DNA of 57,610 nucleotides. It comes from Candidatus Hydrogenedentota bacterium. GTDB lineage: Bacteria; Hydrogenedentota; Hydrogenedentia; Hydrogenedentales; SLHB01. The notes under the pieces are model-generated. The model did not search any database and was not told the DNA's origin. It was given only the letters and a program-made list of their open reading frames with translations. Made by a program: the position numbers and the translations under genes. Of the stretch, positions 30,337 through 40,604 are shown one piece after another; positions within the stretch are counted from its first letter, which is position 1; each line of letters starts with the position of its first letter. The stretch is taken from contig JARKSN010000273.1 of NCBI GenBank assembly GCA_029974275.1, forward strand, positions 1 through 57,610. Direction: 5' to 3'.

Positions 30337-31314
30337 GTGATTCCGAAAACAGTCGATGTGAGCAAGATGAAGAACCTCTCCGAATGGCAGAGCCACCGAG
30401 ATGAGGTGCAGGCAGCTGTCTTGGGCGCATTGGGCACGTTCCCAAAGCAACGTGCGGAGTTGGCCCTCAAAACGGCAGATGAACTTCAGCGGGGCGGATA
30501 CGTGCGTCGTAAGGTCAATTACTTTGTCGATGAGTGGGAGCGGATTGCGGCTTGGGTGTTTTTGCCGGACGGGCGCGACGAGGTTCCGGCCATTGTCTGT
30601 TGTCACGGGGAAATCGCTTCCGGGAAGGATGAGTCGGCGGGAATCGATGGCAACCCCATGCTGGCGTTTGCGCTGCGATATGTTGAAATGGGATATGCGA
30701 CGATTGTGCCGGATTGTCTCACTGCGGGAGAGCGCATCTCGCACGGCCTGGCCCCTTTCGACACCCGCAATTATTATCGGGAGAGTCCAAAACTCTCGTT
30801 TCTTGGAAAGATGCTGCATGATTATATGCATGCGGTGGATGCGCTTTCCGAGATGAAGCGCGTCGATCCGGCGCGAATTGGCGTGATCGGACATGGCTTT
30901 GGGGCGGTGAATGCGTTGTTGCTGGCCGCGTTTGACGAGCGGGTCCAGACGTGCGTGGCCAGTTGCGGGTTCACCCGATTCGGCGATGATAAGGAGCCCG
31001 AGCGGTGGGCGCGGGACGAAGGCGCTTGCTTGTTGCCGGCCCTGCGCGAAGCGATACAGGATCGGGCGTTCCCGTTCGATTGGGAACATGTTCTCGCCTT
31101 GGCGGCGCCCAGTCCCACGTTGGTTATCGGAGCCTCAAACGACGCGGAACTCTCCAATGGCAAGAGTTGCGAGAAGGCCGTGAAGACGGCCAAAAAGATA
31201 TATACGTTTCTTGGGGCCGAGGACGCTCTGGATTGTTATCTGCATCACGATGGCCATGCCGTCACGCCGGGGACGCTCGACGCCGCCGACGAATGGTTCG
31301 AGCGCTGGCTATAG
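30337..31314 (+). CDS. alpha/beta hydrolase (dienelactone hydrolase/acetylxylan esterase-like) with the nucleophile elbow altered to GHGFG
   Basis: PAIVCCHG, VDPARIGVIGHGFG, LALAAP, SND and DGH. GAGGAGG RBS before the GTG. Confidence 0.8.
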   Translation: MIPKTVDVSKMKNLSEWQSHRDEVQAAVLGALGTFPKQRAELALKTADELQRGGYVRRKVNYFVDEWERIAAWVFLPDGRDEVPAIVCCHGEIASGKDESAGIDGNPMLAFALRYVEMGYATIVPDCLTAGERISHGLAPFDTRNYYRESPKLSFLGKMLHDYMHAVDALSEMKRVDPARIGVIGHGFGAVNALLLAAFDERVQTCVASCGFTRFGDDKEPERWARDEGACLLPALREAIQDRAFPFDWEHVLALAAPSPTLVIGASNDAELSNGKSCEKAVKTAKKIYTFLGAEDALDCYLHHDGHAVTPGTLDAADEWFERWL

Positions 31315-31328
31315 GTTGCGTCGCGCAC

Positions 31329-31541
31329 TCACGGTCCCATCAGCCCCAGTGCGGCGAGCAGACGGCGGCCTAACGCGTCCAGTTGATCGCGCCGTTCGCC
31401 GTAGATGATGAGCGGCGTCCGGATGAAATAAACAAGCGATCCCCATATCAGCCATAGCGCGACGAGTAGGTTGAACAGACGGCGCCCGATGGGCCGCGCG
31501 ACGCGGGTAGGCCGCTCAGGTCCTTCATTCTCCCCGGTCAT
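31329..31541 (-). CDS. small single-TM hypothetical protein
   Basis: 70 aa from ATG 31541 with one hydrophobic helix (LFNLLVALWLIWGSLVYFI). It overlaps the DUF2304 gene and is the last gene of the cluster. Confidence 0.55.
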   Translation of the reverse strand: MTGENEGPERPTRVARPIGRRLFNLLVALWLIWGSLVYFIRTPLIIYGERRDQLDALGRRLLAALGLMGP

Positions 31542-31908
31542 GTTCACGCTCCAACCGGCGCAACGCATGGGAAAGCAAGGCCACTTCCTGCGTCAACGCC
31601 CTGTTTTTTTCGCTTAGCCGAGAAATTACCACCGTGAAACTCAGGACCAGCCCCATCAGAAATAGAAACGAGATGAGGAAGAGAAGGCTCAGGTATTGAA
31701 GCTTGAACAGGTGCGAAAGAAGAACGATGGAGCCGGGGAATACCCCGACGAATAGTCCCATGGCGGAAGTGAACAACCATAGAAGCGCGTACCGCTCCTT
31801 GAGAAGCCCGCGCCGCACCAGTTCCAGCACAAGGACGAGCAAGATCAAGCTCAAGGCAAACAGGCCAAGCCGATGCGTCCATTCGAGACCAGCCGCAGAA
31901 TTCATCAT
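31525..31908 (-). CDS. DUF2304 domain membrane protein
   Basis: LVRRGLLKERYALLW, FP and IS.L....L.QEVALL. Coupled (ATGA) to a DPM-like GT2 gene, which is its usual context. Confidence 0.85.
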   Translation of the reverse strand: MMNSAAGLEWTHRLGLFALSLILLVLVLELVRRGLLKERYALLWLFTSAMGLFVGVFPGSIVLLSHLFKLQYLSLLFLISFLFLMGLVLSFTVVISRLSEKNRALTQEVALLSHALRRLEREHDRGE

Positions 31909-32630
31909 GGGCGCGCGTCTCCCGTGGCCCGAGTAAACGTCCGAAAGATATCTATAAAAATCGCCAGGGCCACCTTGATCATATAGTAAACGGCGCGATG
32001 CGGCGTAATGGATGTGGCGCCGCCCAGGCGCGGGCTCATCTCGACGGGGACCTCCGCCGCTTTGAGGCCGGACTTGTGCAAGATGACCAGCGCCTCGGCT
32101 TCGGGGTAGTCATCCGGATAGGTCTGGGCGAAGACCGATAGGACGGCGCGGTTCATGGCGCGAAACCCGCTGGTGGTGTCAGTCAGGCCGCCACCCACGA
32201 CGGCGTCGACAAGCCGAGACAGCAAGGACTTGCCTACGCGCCTGCCGAAGGAGGGGCGATATTGGCTTTCGGCGACGTAGCGCGATCCAATGACGATATC
32301 GGCCTTGCCTTCCTGGACAAACGACACGAGGCGCGGAATCTCGCTCGCTGGATGTTGGCCGTCCGCGTCGCATTGCACGGCGATATCGTAGCCATGGCGG
32401 ATCGCATATTTGTAGCCGGTCTGCATGGCCCCGCCAATGCCAAGATTGATGGGCAAACGGACCAACTGCACTGCGGGGAATCGCGCGACGATTTCGGAGG
32501 TGTGGTCCGTGGAACCGTCGTCGATAACCACGACATCGCATTCGGGCGCATGGTCCTTCAGGGATTGCAGCACGTCGGCGATGGTGGCTGACTCATTATA
32601 GGCGGGCACAATGATGAGGACGCGCGGCAT
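31905..32630 (-). CDS. GT2 glycosyltransferase (DPM-synthase-like)
   Basis: Starts MPRVLIIVPAYNE. Motifs DDGSTD, NLGIG, DADGQH, GSRY and DTTSGFR. Confidence 0.92.
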   Translation of the reverse strand: MPRVLIIVPAYNESATIADVLQSLKDHAPECDVVVIDDGSTDHTSEIVARFPAVQLVRLPINLGIGGAMQTGYKYAIRHGYDIAVQCDADGQHPASEIPRLVSFVQEGKADIVIGSRYVAESQYRPSFGRRVGKSLLSRLVDAVVGGGLTDTTSGFRAMNRAVLSVFAQTYPDDYPEAEALVILHKSGLKAAEVPVEMSPRLGGATSITPHRAVYYMIKVALAIFIDIFRTFTRATGDARP

Positions 32631-33664
32631 CAAACCGTCTCCTTGCGGCGGAGGAGAAACCAGTCTATCCCCTGCAACATTCCAATGCCACGCGCCACAT
32701 CGCGCAGGAAAAATATATCGTCCAATCCATGGGCGGCGACGCCCTGCCGCCGAAGACGCGCCCGTATTCTCATGATCAAGCCGATCCGGAGGGCGGCGTA
32801 TTCCAAACCGATCTCCATCCAAACGAACAGCAAGAGCACGCTGGGCAAGGAGGTCCAGGCCCCCCTGAGCCCCGCCGCCACAACCGGGATGGGCGCGCCC
32901 AAGAATAACAACGCCATGGCGGGGCTCCACAGATCGGCGCGTCCTGCATAGTAGTCGCCTTTGCCAGCGCGGTTGAGATGCTTGCGATACAACTTGACGC
33001 GCCAGAACCCATGGCGCTTTTGCGTCTTCAGATAGGGCCATAGGCGTTCGGGATGATAGTGCAAAACACGGGCGTCAGGCGCAAAACGCAGCATTCCTCC
33101 CGCATCGGCAAGGCGGTAGGCGAGATCGTTGTCCTCGCCCGAAGCGTGGCGAAAATGCACGTCGAATCCTCCTGCTTCTTCAAAGGCGGTTTTTTGAACC
33201 ATCATGTTGAATGATCCGAGAACATCCACGTCGGTTCCGAATCGTTCATGGCGCATCTCGATTTCCGCTTGAATGATGCGCGCCAGACTGTTTCCCGCGT
33301 TGGCGATGCCGTAGGTCCCCCCCACTGCCGTCACCCCCTCTTCCAGGCGCGCGACCAAACGCTCGATCCATTCCCGCTCCGGAATGCAATCGGAATCGGT
33401 GAAGGCAATCCATTTCCCGCGCGCCTCATAGGCGCCGGCATTGCGCGCGGCGGCAGGTCCCCGGTTTTCTTGGCGGATGCACCGCACGTCCGGAAACAAC
33501 TGTGCAATGGTCGCGGTGTCGTCCGTGGAACCGTCATCGACCACGATGAGTTCGGTTGGGGCATAGGTCTGGTCCAAACTCGCTTCGAGACAGCGGGCCA
33601 ACGTCCTCTGGGCGTTGTACGCAGGTATGACAATGGAGACCAGTTCTCTGTCGCGTTCTGGCAT
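32630..33664 (-). CDS. GT2 glycosyltransferase with C-terminal TM segments
   Basis: Motifs SIVIPAYN, DDGSTD, GPAAARN, FTDSD, GGFD and GED. Confidence 0.9.
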   Translation of the reverse strand: MPERDRELVSIVIPAYNAQRTLARCLEASLDQTYAPTELIVVDDGSTDDTATIAQLFPDVRCIRQENRGPAAARNAGAYEARGKWIAFTDSDCIPEREWIERLVARLEEGVTAVGGTYGIANAGNSLARIIQAEIEMRHERFGTDVDVLGSFNMMVQKTAFEEAGGFDVHFRHASGEDNDLAYRLADAGGMLRFAPDARVLHYHPERLWPYLKTQKRHGFWRVKLYRKHLNRAGKGDYYAGRADLWSPAMALLFLGAPIPVVAAGLRGAWTSLPSVLLLFVWMEIGLEYAALRIGLIMRIRARLRRQGVAAHGLDDIFFLRDVARGIGMLQGIDWFLLRRKETV

Positions 33665-33724
33665 GACCCGATTGTATACGAAGGCGCGCGTTTCGCCAAG
33701 CGCGAGCCTTCGCGCACAAATGGA

Positions 33725-35635
33725 TCACTTGCCTGCAAGGTCTGTGTTGCCGACTAGGACAAGCTTCTTTGATGTGTAGGGTCCGTGGAGCACGCGGACT
33801 TTTTCCATGACTGGGGCGTTTCCGAAGAAGGAGAGGAAATCCTCTCGTGCGATGAAAAAATACGGTCCTTTGCCGATGAGCCGCATCCGGACTTCGCTGG
33901 GGTCGTTTACGAGAGGAATGTGGCGCTGCAGATAGAACGCGAGCGCTGGATACGGGAACGCGTCCTGGAAATTCACGCGCTTCGTGGTCTCGACGCGATA
34001 GCCGGAATCGATCAATTCCTGGCAAGCCAATGCGAGCGGTTTGGGGGAATTCTTGGTTTTCTCCGTATAGTGAAAACCGTGCCCCACGAACCCGAGCACG
34101 ATCGTCAACAACGCCATTGCATAGAGTCCCGTCAACGGAACAGGTCTGCGCTTCCACATCCACGCGAAAATGGCGAGGACCGCCAACGCGATAACGGCGC
34201 CCTCGATAATCAATGGAAGCTGCCTCTCGGCAAAAGCGAAATAGATCGCTCCTCCGACCGCCAAAACCGGAAGAAGCGCGAGCAAGACCAGGGTCCAACC
34301 GTGCGCCCACCGTTGCGTCCATCCTTTGAGTGCGCTTGTTTCAATGCGGGCAAGATGGTGCGCCGTGGCAATCAGCAGAAGCGGAACGGCCGGCAAGATG
34401 TATTCATTTTCCTTGCCGGCGATCAACGAATATAGGCCGACGCTCAGCCAGCCGCCCACGATCGCAAAGCGGTACATGCGATCGCCGCAACGCCATTCGT
34501 GCGGCGAGAAGTGCAACGGCAACAGCAAACCCCAGGGAGCCAGCATGGCCGGCAAGGCCGTTGCGTAATACCAAGGATATCCGCTGTTGATGCGCGTCGC
34601 GGTTCCCGTCCGCTCGAGAACTTGGTTGTGAATGAGGGCGTTGATATACGGCCATCCTTTTCGTTCCAGGATAGCCAACGCCCATGGCGCGACGAGAATG
34701 GACGCGATGATCATCGAGAAGAGCAAGATCGCCAGATCGCTTCCCCGGCGTTGCCTGCCATAGCGCAAGGCCAGCGCGATCCACGCGATCGCATAGATCG
34801 CCATGCCTATCGGCAGTGCGGATCCTTGCACCTGGAAACGTTGCAGGAGCAACAGGGCCGTCGCGATGATCGCGCCTGCTGCGCTCCATTTCGCGCCCAT
34901 GACGAGGGCCTTGATCGGGTCGCGTCCTTCGACGATCTGAATCGCAATCCACGCCACGATAACGAACAGGAAAGCAGGCGGTCCTTTCAGCATGGCCGCC
35001 GCTCCGAGAGAAAGCCCGGAGAGGACCGCAAACCCCAATCGTTTGGAAAAGCCCTGCGCGAGGCACGCCGCGCGCAGGGCAAACATAGACAGCATTGTGG
35101 CGAGGGTGAGGGGGACGTCCAATTCGGCCCAGCGTGAGCGGTCCATGAAATACGGCGAAGCCAGCAATATCAACGCCGCCCAGCGGGCGGTCTTTTCCCC
35201 TGTTTCCCTTCGAATGCACAGATAGAGGCAGAGAACCGCCAAGACCGAGCAAATCGCCGTGGGGATGCGGGCGGTCCATTCGTTGATGATGCCCGTAGCT
35301 TTGTAGACGCCCGCAATAGCCCAGTAGAGCAATGGCGGTTTCACGAGATAGTCGAGACCGTTGATCGTGGGGACGATGTAGTCGCCCGAACGCAGCATCT
35401 CCACAGGCGGGGTGACGCGCTGCCCCTCGTTGTCCGAGGTGACGTCCATGCGGCCTAGCTCAAAAAACACCGCCAGAACGGCCGTCACGGTCAGCGCTAT
35501 CAGAAAACGTCCCGTCCGATTTTCAGTTGTTCGAGAGGGGTTGGTCGTATCGCACACAGCTTCGTTCACCGCAGGAGCCTCGGTATCTGGAGTAGTCGAG
35601 AAAACGCACATCCCGCTTGGACGCCGTTTTGCCAA
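33725..35635 (-). CDS. ArnT/PMT (GT-C fold) family glycosyltransferase
   Basis: EML.SGDYIVP.ING..Y..KPPL.YW, AR.P, KGP, PW and K...YILP motifs with many TM helices. The start is uncertain. Confidence 0.85.
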   Translation of the reverse strand: MAKRRPSGMCVFSTTPDTEAPAVNEAVCDTTNPSRTTENRTGRFLIALTVTAVLAVFFELGRMDVTSDNEGQRVTPPVEMLRSGDYIVPTINGLDYLVKPPLLYWAIAGVYKATGIINEWTARIPTAICSVLAVLCLYLCIRRETGEKTARWAALILLASPYFMDRSRWAELDVPLTLATMLSMFALRAACLAQGFSKRLGFAVLSGLSLGAAAMLKGPPAFLFVIVAWIAIQIVEGRDPIKALVMGAKWSAAGAIIATALLLLQRFQVQGSALPIGMAIYAIAWIALALRYGRQRRGSDLAILLFSMIIASILVAPWALAILERKGWPYINALIHNQVLERTGTATRINSGYPWYYATALPAMLAPWGLLLPLHFSPHEWRCGDRMYRFAIVGGWLSVGLYSLIAGKENEYILPAVPLLLIATAHHLARIETSALKGWTQRWAHGWTLVLLALLPVLAVGGAIYFAFAERQLPLIIEGAVIALAVLAIFAWMWKRRPVPLTGLYAMALLTIVLGFVGHGFHYTEKTKNSPKPLALACQELIDSGYRVETTKRVNFQDAFPYPALAFYLQRHIPLVNDPSEVRMRLIGKGPYFFIAREDFLSFFGNAPVMEKVRVLHGPYTSKKLVLVGNTDLAGK

Positions 35636-35656
35636 CGGAATGAGTAGTTGAAGAGC

Positions 35657-36391
35657 CTATTTGCCGCCGTATTTTTTAAGCAGATTGCCTGTGTCGTTCT
35701 GCTTCACGTTGAGCAACGCGCGATCGCCGATGTACTGCCGTTGGGCCTTCATCACTTCGCGCTCGTATTTCTTCTCGGCGCGGTTCGGATCGACGGGCGA
35801 ATGATCGACTGCTTTCTGGGCCGCATAGAACGAGGCCGCGCCCGCCGCCAGACCCTCCGCACCGGCAGCGCCGGCAAGCCCGGGAATCGCGCTCGCCGTC
35901 ACGTCCGCCATGAAGTTCAGGCCAGGATCATCTTCGATGGTCCTGTTGGCTTTCCCCAACGTCCGGTAGCTGAGTGACGACGCCCCAGCCAGTCCCATCG
36001 TCGTGCAGGAAACGAATTCTATCGTCCCGCGGCGCATTCCGCGAAAGACCTCAACGGAACCCAGCACCGGGAACTTTTCATTTCCCTCCACGAACCCGCG
36101 CAGCGACTGATAGCCAAACGCGCCGACTCCGCGCAGCAACGCTTTGTAGGGACGCAATGCGGGCTCCTCAATCTTCTCCCAGTCTCCTTTTTGGGAAGGG
36201 ACGGCCTTTTCCCGTGACAGCACCACATTGCGCGCGGCCAACACGCGGTCGGCTTCCGTCGATGCTTCGGAACGTTCCAACGGCATGACCTGGCTCTGCA
36301 CCGCAGGCGAAACAGACGTTTCCGCCGCGAAAGCGCCCAGCGCACACCACGCGGTCGCCATGGCAACAAATAGGAACCGTTGAGTCTTCAT
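35657..36391 (-). CDS. secreted hypothetical protein
   Basis: AAAGGAG RBS, ATG 36391 and a Sec signal ending in AFA. No family recognised. Confidence 0.7.
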   Translation of the reverse strand: MKTQRFLFVAMATAWCALGAFAAETSVSPAVQSQVMPLERSEASTEADRVLAARNVVLSREKAVPSQKGDWEKIEEPALRPYKALLRGVGAFGYQSLRGFVEGNEKFPVLGSVEVFRGMRRGTIEFVSCTTMGLAGASSLSYRTLGKANRTIEDDPGLNFMADVTASAIPGLAGAAGAEGLAAGAASFYAAQKAVDHSPVDPNRAEKKYEREVMKAQRQYIGDRALLNVKQNDTGNLLKKYGGK

Positions 36392-36737
36392 GGATTCGTC
36401 ACTCCTTTCCGCCATTCCCTTTGTTCGAGGAAGACGTGACGCAGTCGATGCCTCCACTCGCGGCATCGTATTATTCTTTCACATCCAGTTGTCAAAAATC
36501 TACCGCACGAAATTTCCGGCGGATGCGCGGTTTTCCCTGCGATATCTCGTTGTGATATTTCTGGGTGATTTGCTACACTATCCCTTCAAGACGGCACATG
36601 GGGGTCATGGGGGCTGGCGCACAGGCTGGACTTCTCGATCCCGAGACGTCGGACGGCGCCCTCGCGCCAGTGGCCAGAGCGGTGAGAGGGGGGCGGCTTC
36701 TGTTTTCGAAAGCATGGGCGAGGGAGATGGTTGCGTG

Positions 36738-39263
36738 ATGATAGATGGACAGTTCATCGAGCGTATTGCAGAAGCGGTTTCCGCCACTTCCGATCAGGTG
36801 CGGAGTGGATTGCAGTTGCTGACGAACGGCTGCACGATTCCGTTCGTCGCCCGCTATCGGAAAGACGTGACCGGCGGGTTGACGGAGGCGCGTTTGGAGG
36901 CCATTGCAGAGGGCAATGCGCATTTTACGGGCCTGGCGGATCGCCGGAATGCGTTGCTGCGCGCGTTGCAGGAACAAGGCGTTCTCACCGAGGCGTTGCA
37001 GGCGCGCGTTATGGAATGCCGCGATCGCGTCGCGCTGGATGACCTCTCGTTGCCCTATCGCAAGAAGCGTCGCACCAAGGCTACGGTTGCGCGTGAAAAA
37101 GGCTTGGCCCCCGTGGCCGAGTTCATCTGGGCGCAAATGCCCGCCGAGCAGTCCCTTGACGAGTTTGCGGCATCCTTCGTCAAAGCGGAAAAGGCTATCG
37201 CTTCGTTGGAGGAAGTGCTGGAGGGGGCGCGTCAACTTCTGTCGGAGCAATTCGCGAGCGATCCCGAACTGCGCGCGTTGTTGCGCGATATCATGGTGCA
37301 ACACGGTAAAATCACCGCCCACCCCGCAAAAAACGCGGAAGAGAAGAAGACCAAGTTCGAAGCGTACTACTCGTTTTCAGAGCCGGTGTCGAAGATTCCC
37401 TCTCATCGATTCCTGGCTGTGTCGCGCGGCGTGCACGAGGGCGCATTGCGGATGAGGCTTGCGCTGGACGACGAAGCCGCGCTTGCGGAGGTGGCGTCCC
37501 GGTATGTCAAGGATTCCGATTCTCCATTTGCCCCCCACCTTCTTGCCTCGCTCCGGAGCGCTTACGAGCAGCATCTGCGCCCGGCTCTGGAGGAAGATAT
37601 TTTCGTGATGATAGGGGAACGCGCCAACATCGAAGCCGTTCGTGTTTTTAGAGCCAATACGTTTAGCCTGTTGATGTCGCCGGCGGCGGGATCGTTGGTG
37701 ACGATGGGCGTTGCGCCTGGCGCCAACGGAAACGATAGCAAGGTAGCTGTCGTGGACGGATCGGGGCGCGTTCTGGAGACGGCGGCGTTCAGCATCGATA
37801 GCGGCGATGCGGCGCCTCTTTTGGAAATGTTCGCGCGGCACGCCGTCGAGGCTGTAGCGGTCGGCAACGGGGCGCGCGGTCGAGAAACGCTTCGTTTTTT
37901 CAGAACCCTCGTCGCCAATGCTGAAGCGTCTGCTCGCCCGTTTATCGTTCTCGTCAGTGAGGCCGGAGCCGCAGCCTATGCGACGTCTCGGATTGCGCGC
38001 GAGGAATTGCCCGAGCTGGACACCGGCGTTCGCTTGGCGGTATCGATAGCGCGTCGGCTGCAGGACCCGTTGCGAGAGCTCGTGAAAGCGGAGCCGCGGC
38101 ATATCGGCGTGGGACAGTATCAGCACGACGTGAATCAGAAGCTATTGCGTGACGGCCTGCATCGGACGGTGGTGTCCGCCGTGAACCGCGTTGGCGTGAA
38201 TCTGAATGAGGCGGCCGCATCGTTGCTGCGGTTCGTCAGCGGCATTCAAGCCGCCACGGCTCAGAATATCTGCGACCATCGCGACAAGAACGGCCCCTTC
38301 ACGTCCCGGCAGCAGTTGCTTGATGTCGATGGCGTGGGACCTCGCGTGTTCGAGCAGTGTGCGGGATTTCTAAGGATTCCCAACGCTTCCAATCCGTTGG
38401 ACGCCACCGCCGTGCATCCCGAAGCCTACGGAGTCGTGGAGCGCATGGCGGAGGCGGCGGGCGTGGCAGTGGCCGATCTTCTCGGCAATTCCAGCCTTGT
38501 GGAAAAGCTCGATTGGACGTTATGCCAGGACGCGATCCTCGGGCCGATGACTTTGGCGGACATTCGCCGCGAATTGCTTTATCCAGGCCGCGATCCCCGC
38601 GGCATGTTCAAGGCGCCGGCTTTTCACGAAGGCGTATCCAGCATTCACGATTTGGAAGAGGGCGCGGAGTTGGAAGGGATCGTCACCAATGTGACGGATT
38701 TCGGGGCCTTTGTGGACATCGGCGTGCAGCAAGACGGTTTGGTGCATCTTTCGGAATTATCGAATCGGTACGTCCAAAACCCGCGCGAAGTCGTCAATGT
38801 GGGCGAAGTCGTGCGCGTCAGGGTCATTAAGGTGGACAGGGAGTTGCCGCGGATATCGCTTTCCATCAAGGCGCTTCAGCCCGCCGTGACGAAGGCGCGT
38901 CCCGCTCTTCGCGATGGCAAAGGCGAGGCAAGCGAAGAGGAACGTTCCTCGCATTCCCAAGAGCAAGGAAGGCGCTTTTCCCGATCCGATCGTCCTGCCA
39001 GGCCTGAGCAGGGCGAGCATGCGCCGCATGCGGACCGTCCTGATCGCAGGGAGCCGCGCGGCGAACGCCGAGATGATCGCCATGCGCCCGCGACACGTGC
39101 AAGCCGCGAAGCCCGCACCGTCAGGCCCGACCGCGATCCCCGGAGAGAACGGTCGCGCCGTCCCGCCCCTTCGGCTCCAGTCGAGTCGGGCGACGCGGGC
39201 GCGCTCTCGAACACGCTTTTGGCTGATCAACTGGCTGCATGGCGCGAAAAATTGCGCCGGTGA
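36738..39263 (+). CDS. tex: Tex family RNA-binding transcriptional accessory protein with S1 domain and R/D-rich tail
   Basis: TIPFVARYRK, SIARRLQDPL.ELVK, GVGQYQHD, FEQCAGF and the S1 segment FGAFVDIGV.QDGLVH.S. Confidence 0.93.
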   Translation: MIDGQFIERIAEAVSATSDQVRSGLQLLTNGCTIPFVARYRKDVTGGLTEARLEAIAEGNAHFTGLADRRNALLRALQEQGVLTEALQARVMECRDRVALDDLSLPYRKKRRTKATVAREKGLAPVAEFIWAQMPAEQSLDEFAASFVKAEKAIASLEEVLEGARQLLSEQFASDPELRALLRDIMVQHGKITAHPAKNAEEKKTKFEAYYSFSEPVSKIPSHRFLAVSRGVHEGALRMRLALDDEAALAEVASRYVKDSDSPFAPHLLASLRSAYEQHLRPALEEDIFVMIGERANIEAVRVFRANTFSLLMSPAAGSLVTMGVAPGANGNDSKVAVVDGSGRVLETAAFSIDSGDAAPLLEMFARHAVEAVAVGNGARGRETLRFFRTLVANAEASARPFIVLVSEAGAAAYATSRIAREELPELDTGVRLAVSIARRLQDPLRELVKAEPRHIGVGQYQHDVNQKLLRDGLHRTVVSAVNRVGVNLNEAAASLLRFVSGIQAATAQNICDHRDKNGPFTSRQQLLDVDGVGPRVFEQCAGFLRIPNASNPLDATAVHPEAYGVVERMAEAAGVAVADLLGNSSLVEKLDWTLCQDAILGPMTLADIRRELLYPGRDPRGMFKAPAFHEGVSSIHDLEEGAELEGIVTNVTDFGAFVDIGVQQDGLVHLSELSNRYVQNPREVVNVGEVVRVRVIKVDRELPRISLSIKALQPAVTKARPALRDGKGEASEEERSSHSQEQGRRFSRSDRPARPEQGEHAPHADRPDRREPRGERRDDRHAPATRASREARTVRPDRDPRRERSRRPAPSAPVESGDAGALSNTLLADQLAAWREKLRR

Positions 39264-39282
39264 CAACGCCCGGGATTTTGCG

Positions 39283-40485
39283 CTAGGTCTGAAACCGATC
39301 TCGCAAATACGCGTTGAGCGATGAGAGCCTATGGGCGTAGGTGTGGCGCGCTGCAATGCGCGCTTGGGCGCGGGTCGTTATGTGAACCCTCTTTTCGGGG
39401 TTTTGGAGGAAATAGGCCGCCTTGTCATGGGCCTCCTCGAACGAGGCGTAGATGGCGACTTCCTGGGGTTCAAAGAGTTCTTCCAGATCGGGCTGGGCAT
39501 CGGTCAGCAAGAACCCCCCCGCCGCGGGACAATCGAATACGCGCTGGTTCAACGCCGAAGGCATCTGCAGCGCCGTCAGATTAACATTGACCGCCGTCTC
39601 GCGATAAAACGAAGCCAGATCGTCGAAATACCCGATGGGACCGCCGACCGTGGCATTAATGCCGTTCCAGCCCGCGTCTCCATGCACGCAGACATGCAGT
39701 GGCGCAAGGGCGGCGATGAGCGCAGTTCGTTGACGGCGCGTATGTTCGTAGTTGATGGCGTTTTCGATATGACGCCGGGCGGCATTGGCGCTCGCTCCGA
39801 TCCCTACGGTTTCTAGCAGCGTTTCGATGCCATGTGCGAACGTCTCTTTTGAAACGCCGCGATCGAGAATCTCCCCTATCTTTCGAACGATTTCCGGATA
39901 GGGAGCGAGCTTGGCCCATACCTCCTCGGCCTGCAGCGCCATGGATCGTCCAACAAATGCAACATCGCGCACCGTTTTATGACGCGGCGTCCCGTTGAAT
40001 AGGGCTGGGTCGGTCGCGAGGGGCCAATGGAGCGTGTGTGCAAACCCGATCTGATGCAGATACGGGAGGTAGGCACGCTCCCACGTGGCGGCTACGGCGT
40101 AGGGGTTGGCGTGGACAACCCGGTCGAACAGGATCATCCGCGGCGCGTCGGTGAAGTGCGTGACGTACGGAATGCGCGCGTCCTCGAGAAACCGCGCCAG
40201 AAGCCCCGCATCATCCATCCCGCTGTAGTTGCATGCCAGCACGAAATCCGGACGGAACGAGCACAACGTCGCAAAAAACTGCCGCACCTGATCGCGCGTT
40301 AGACCGCCAACCATCGCCGACGCAACCGCCGCCGACTCCCAGCCCAACTGGCCTGCGGCGCGCCGCCAGCTCGCGTCGAAGAAATAACCGGTCTCCAGCA
40401 CCAGCATCCGCGGCACGCCGGCAAAGCGTCGATACTCTAACATGCGCCGCAGTCCTGGCGTCAGTTCAAGGCGTGGGGTTTCCAT
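39283..40485 (-). CDS. CgeB-like GT-B glycosyltransferase (Glyco_trans_1_2)
   Basis: PLATDP, VAFVG, NQRVFDCPAAGGFLLTD and HTY.HR. It lies downstream of fliS. Confidence 0.8.
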   Translation of the reverse strand: METPRLELTPGLRRMLEYRRFAGVPRMLVLETGYFFDASWRRAAGQLGWESAAVASAMVGGLTRDQVRQFFATLCSFRPDFVLACNYSGMDDAGLLARFLEDARIPYVTHFTDAPRMILFDRVVHANPYAVAATWERAYLPYLHQIGFAHTLHWPLATDPALFNGTPRHKTVRDVAFVGRSMALQAEEVWAKLAPYPEIVRKIGEILDRGVSKETFAHGIETLLETVGIGASANAARRHIENAINYEHTRRQRTALIAALAPLHVCVHGDAGWNGINATVGGPIGYFDDLASFYRETAVNVNLTALQMPSALNQRVFDCPAAGGFLLTDAQPDLEELFEPQEVAIYASFEEAHDKAAYFLQNPEKRVHITTRAQARIAARHTYAHRLSSLNAYLRDRFQT

Positions 40486-40604
40486 GCAGCAATCGTAGCG
40501 GCGTCAATACGCTCACGCAAGCGGAAGAAATGGGATGGGATTGTCGCGCTCTTCGCATGGGAAAGCCCGCCCTTCCCAAACGGGAAGCGTTGTGAAGATG
40601 GAGG

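Noticed and set aside
36390..36737. Long N-terminal extension of Tex in the ORF track, and similar extensions on gltX, hisF, the DPM-like GT2, dprA and lpxK
   Set aside because: Homology-like sequence and RBS or overlap evidence begin at downstream starts; the extensions are ORF-caller artefacts.
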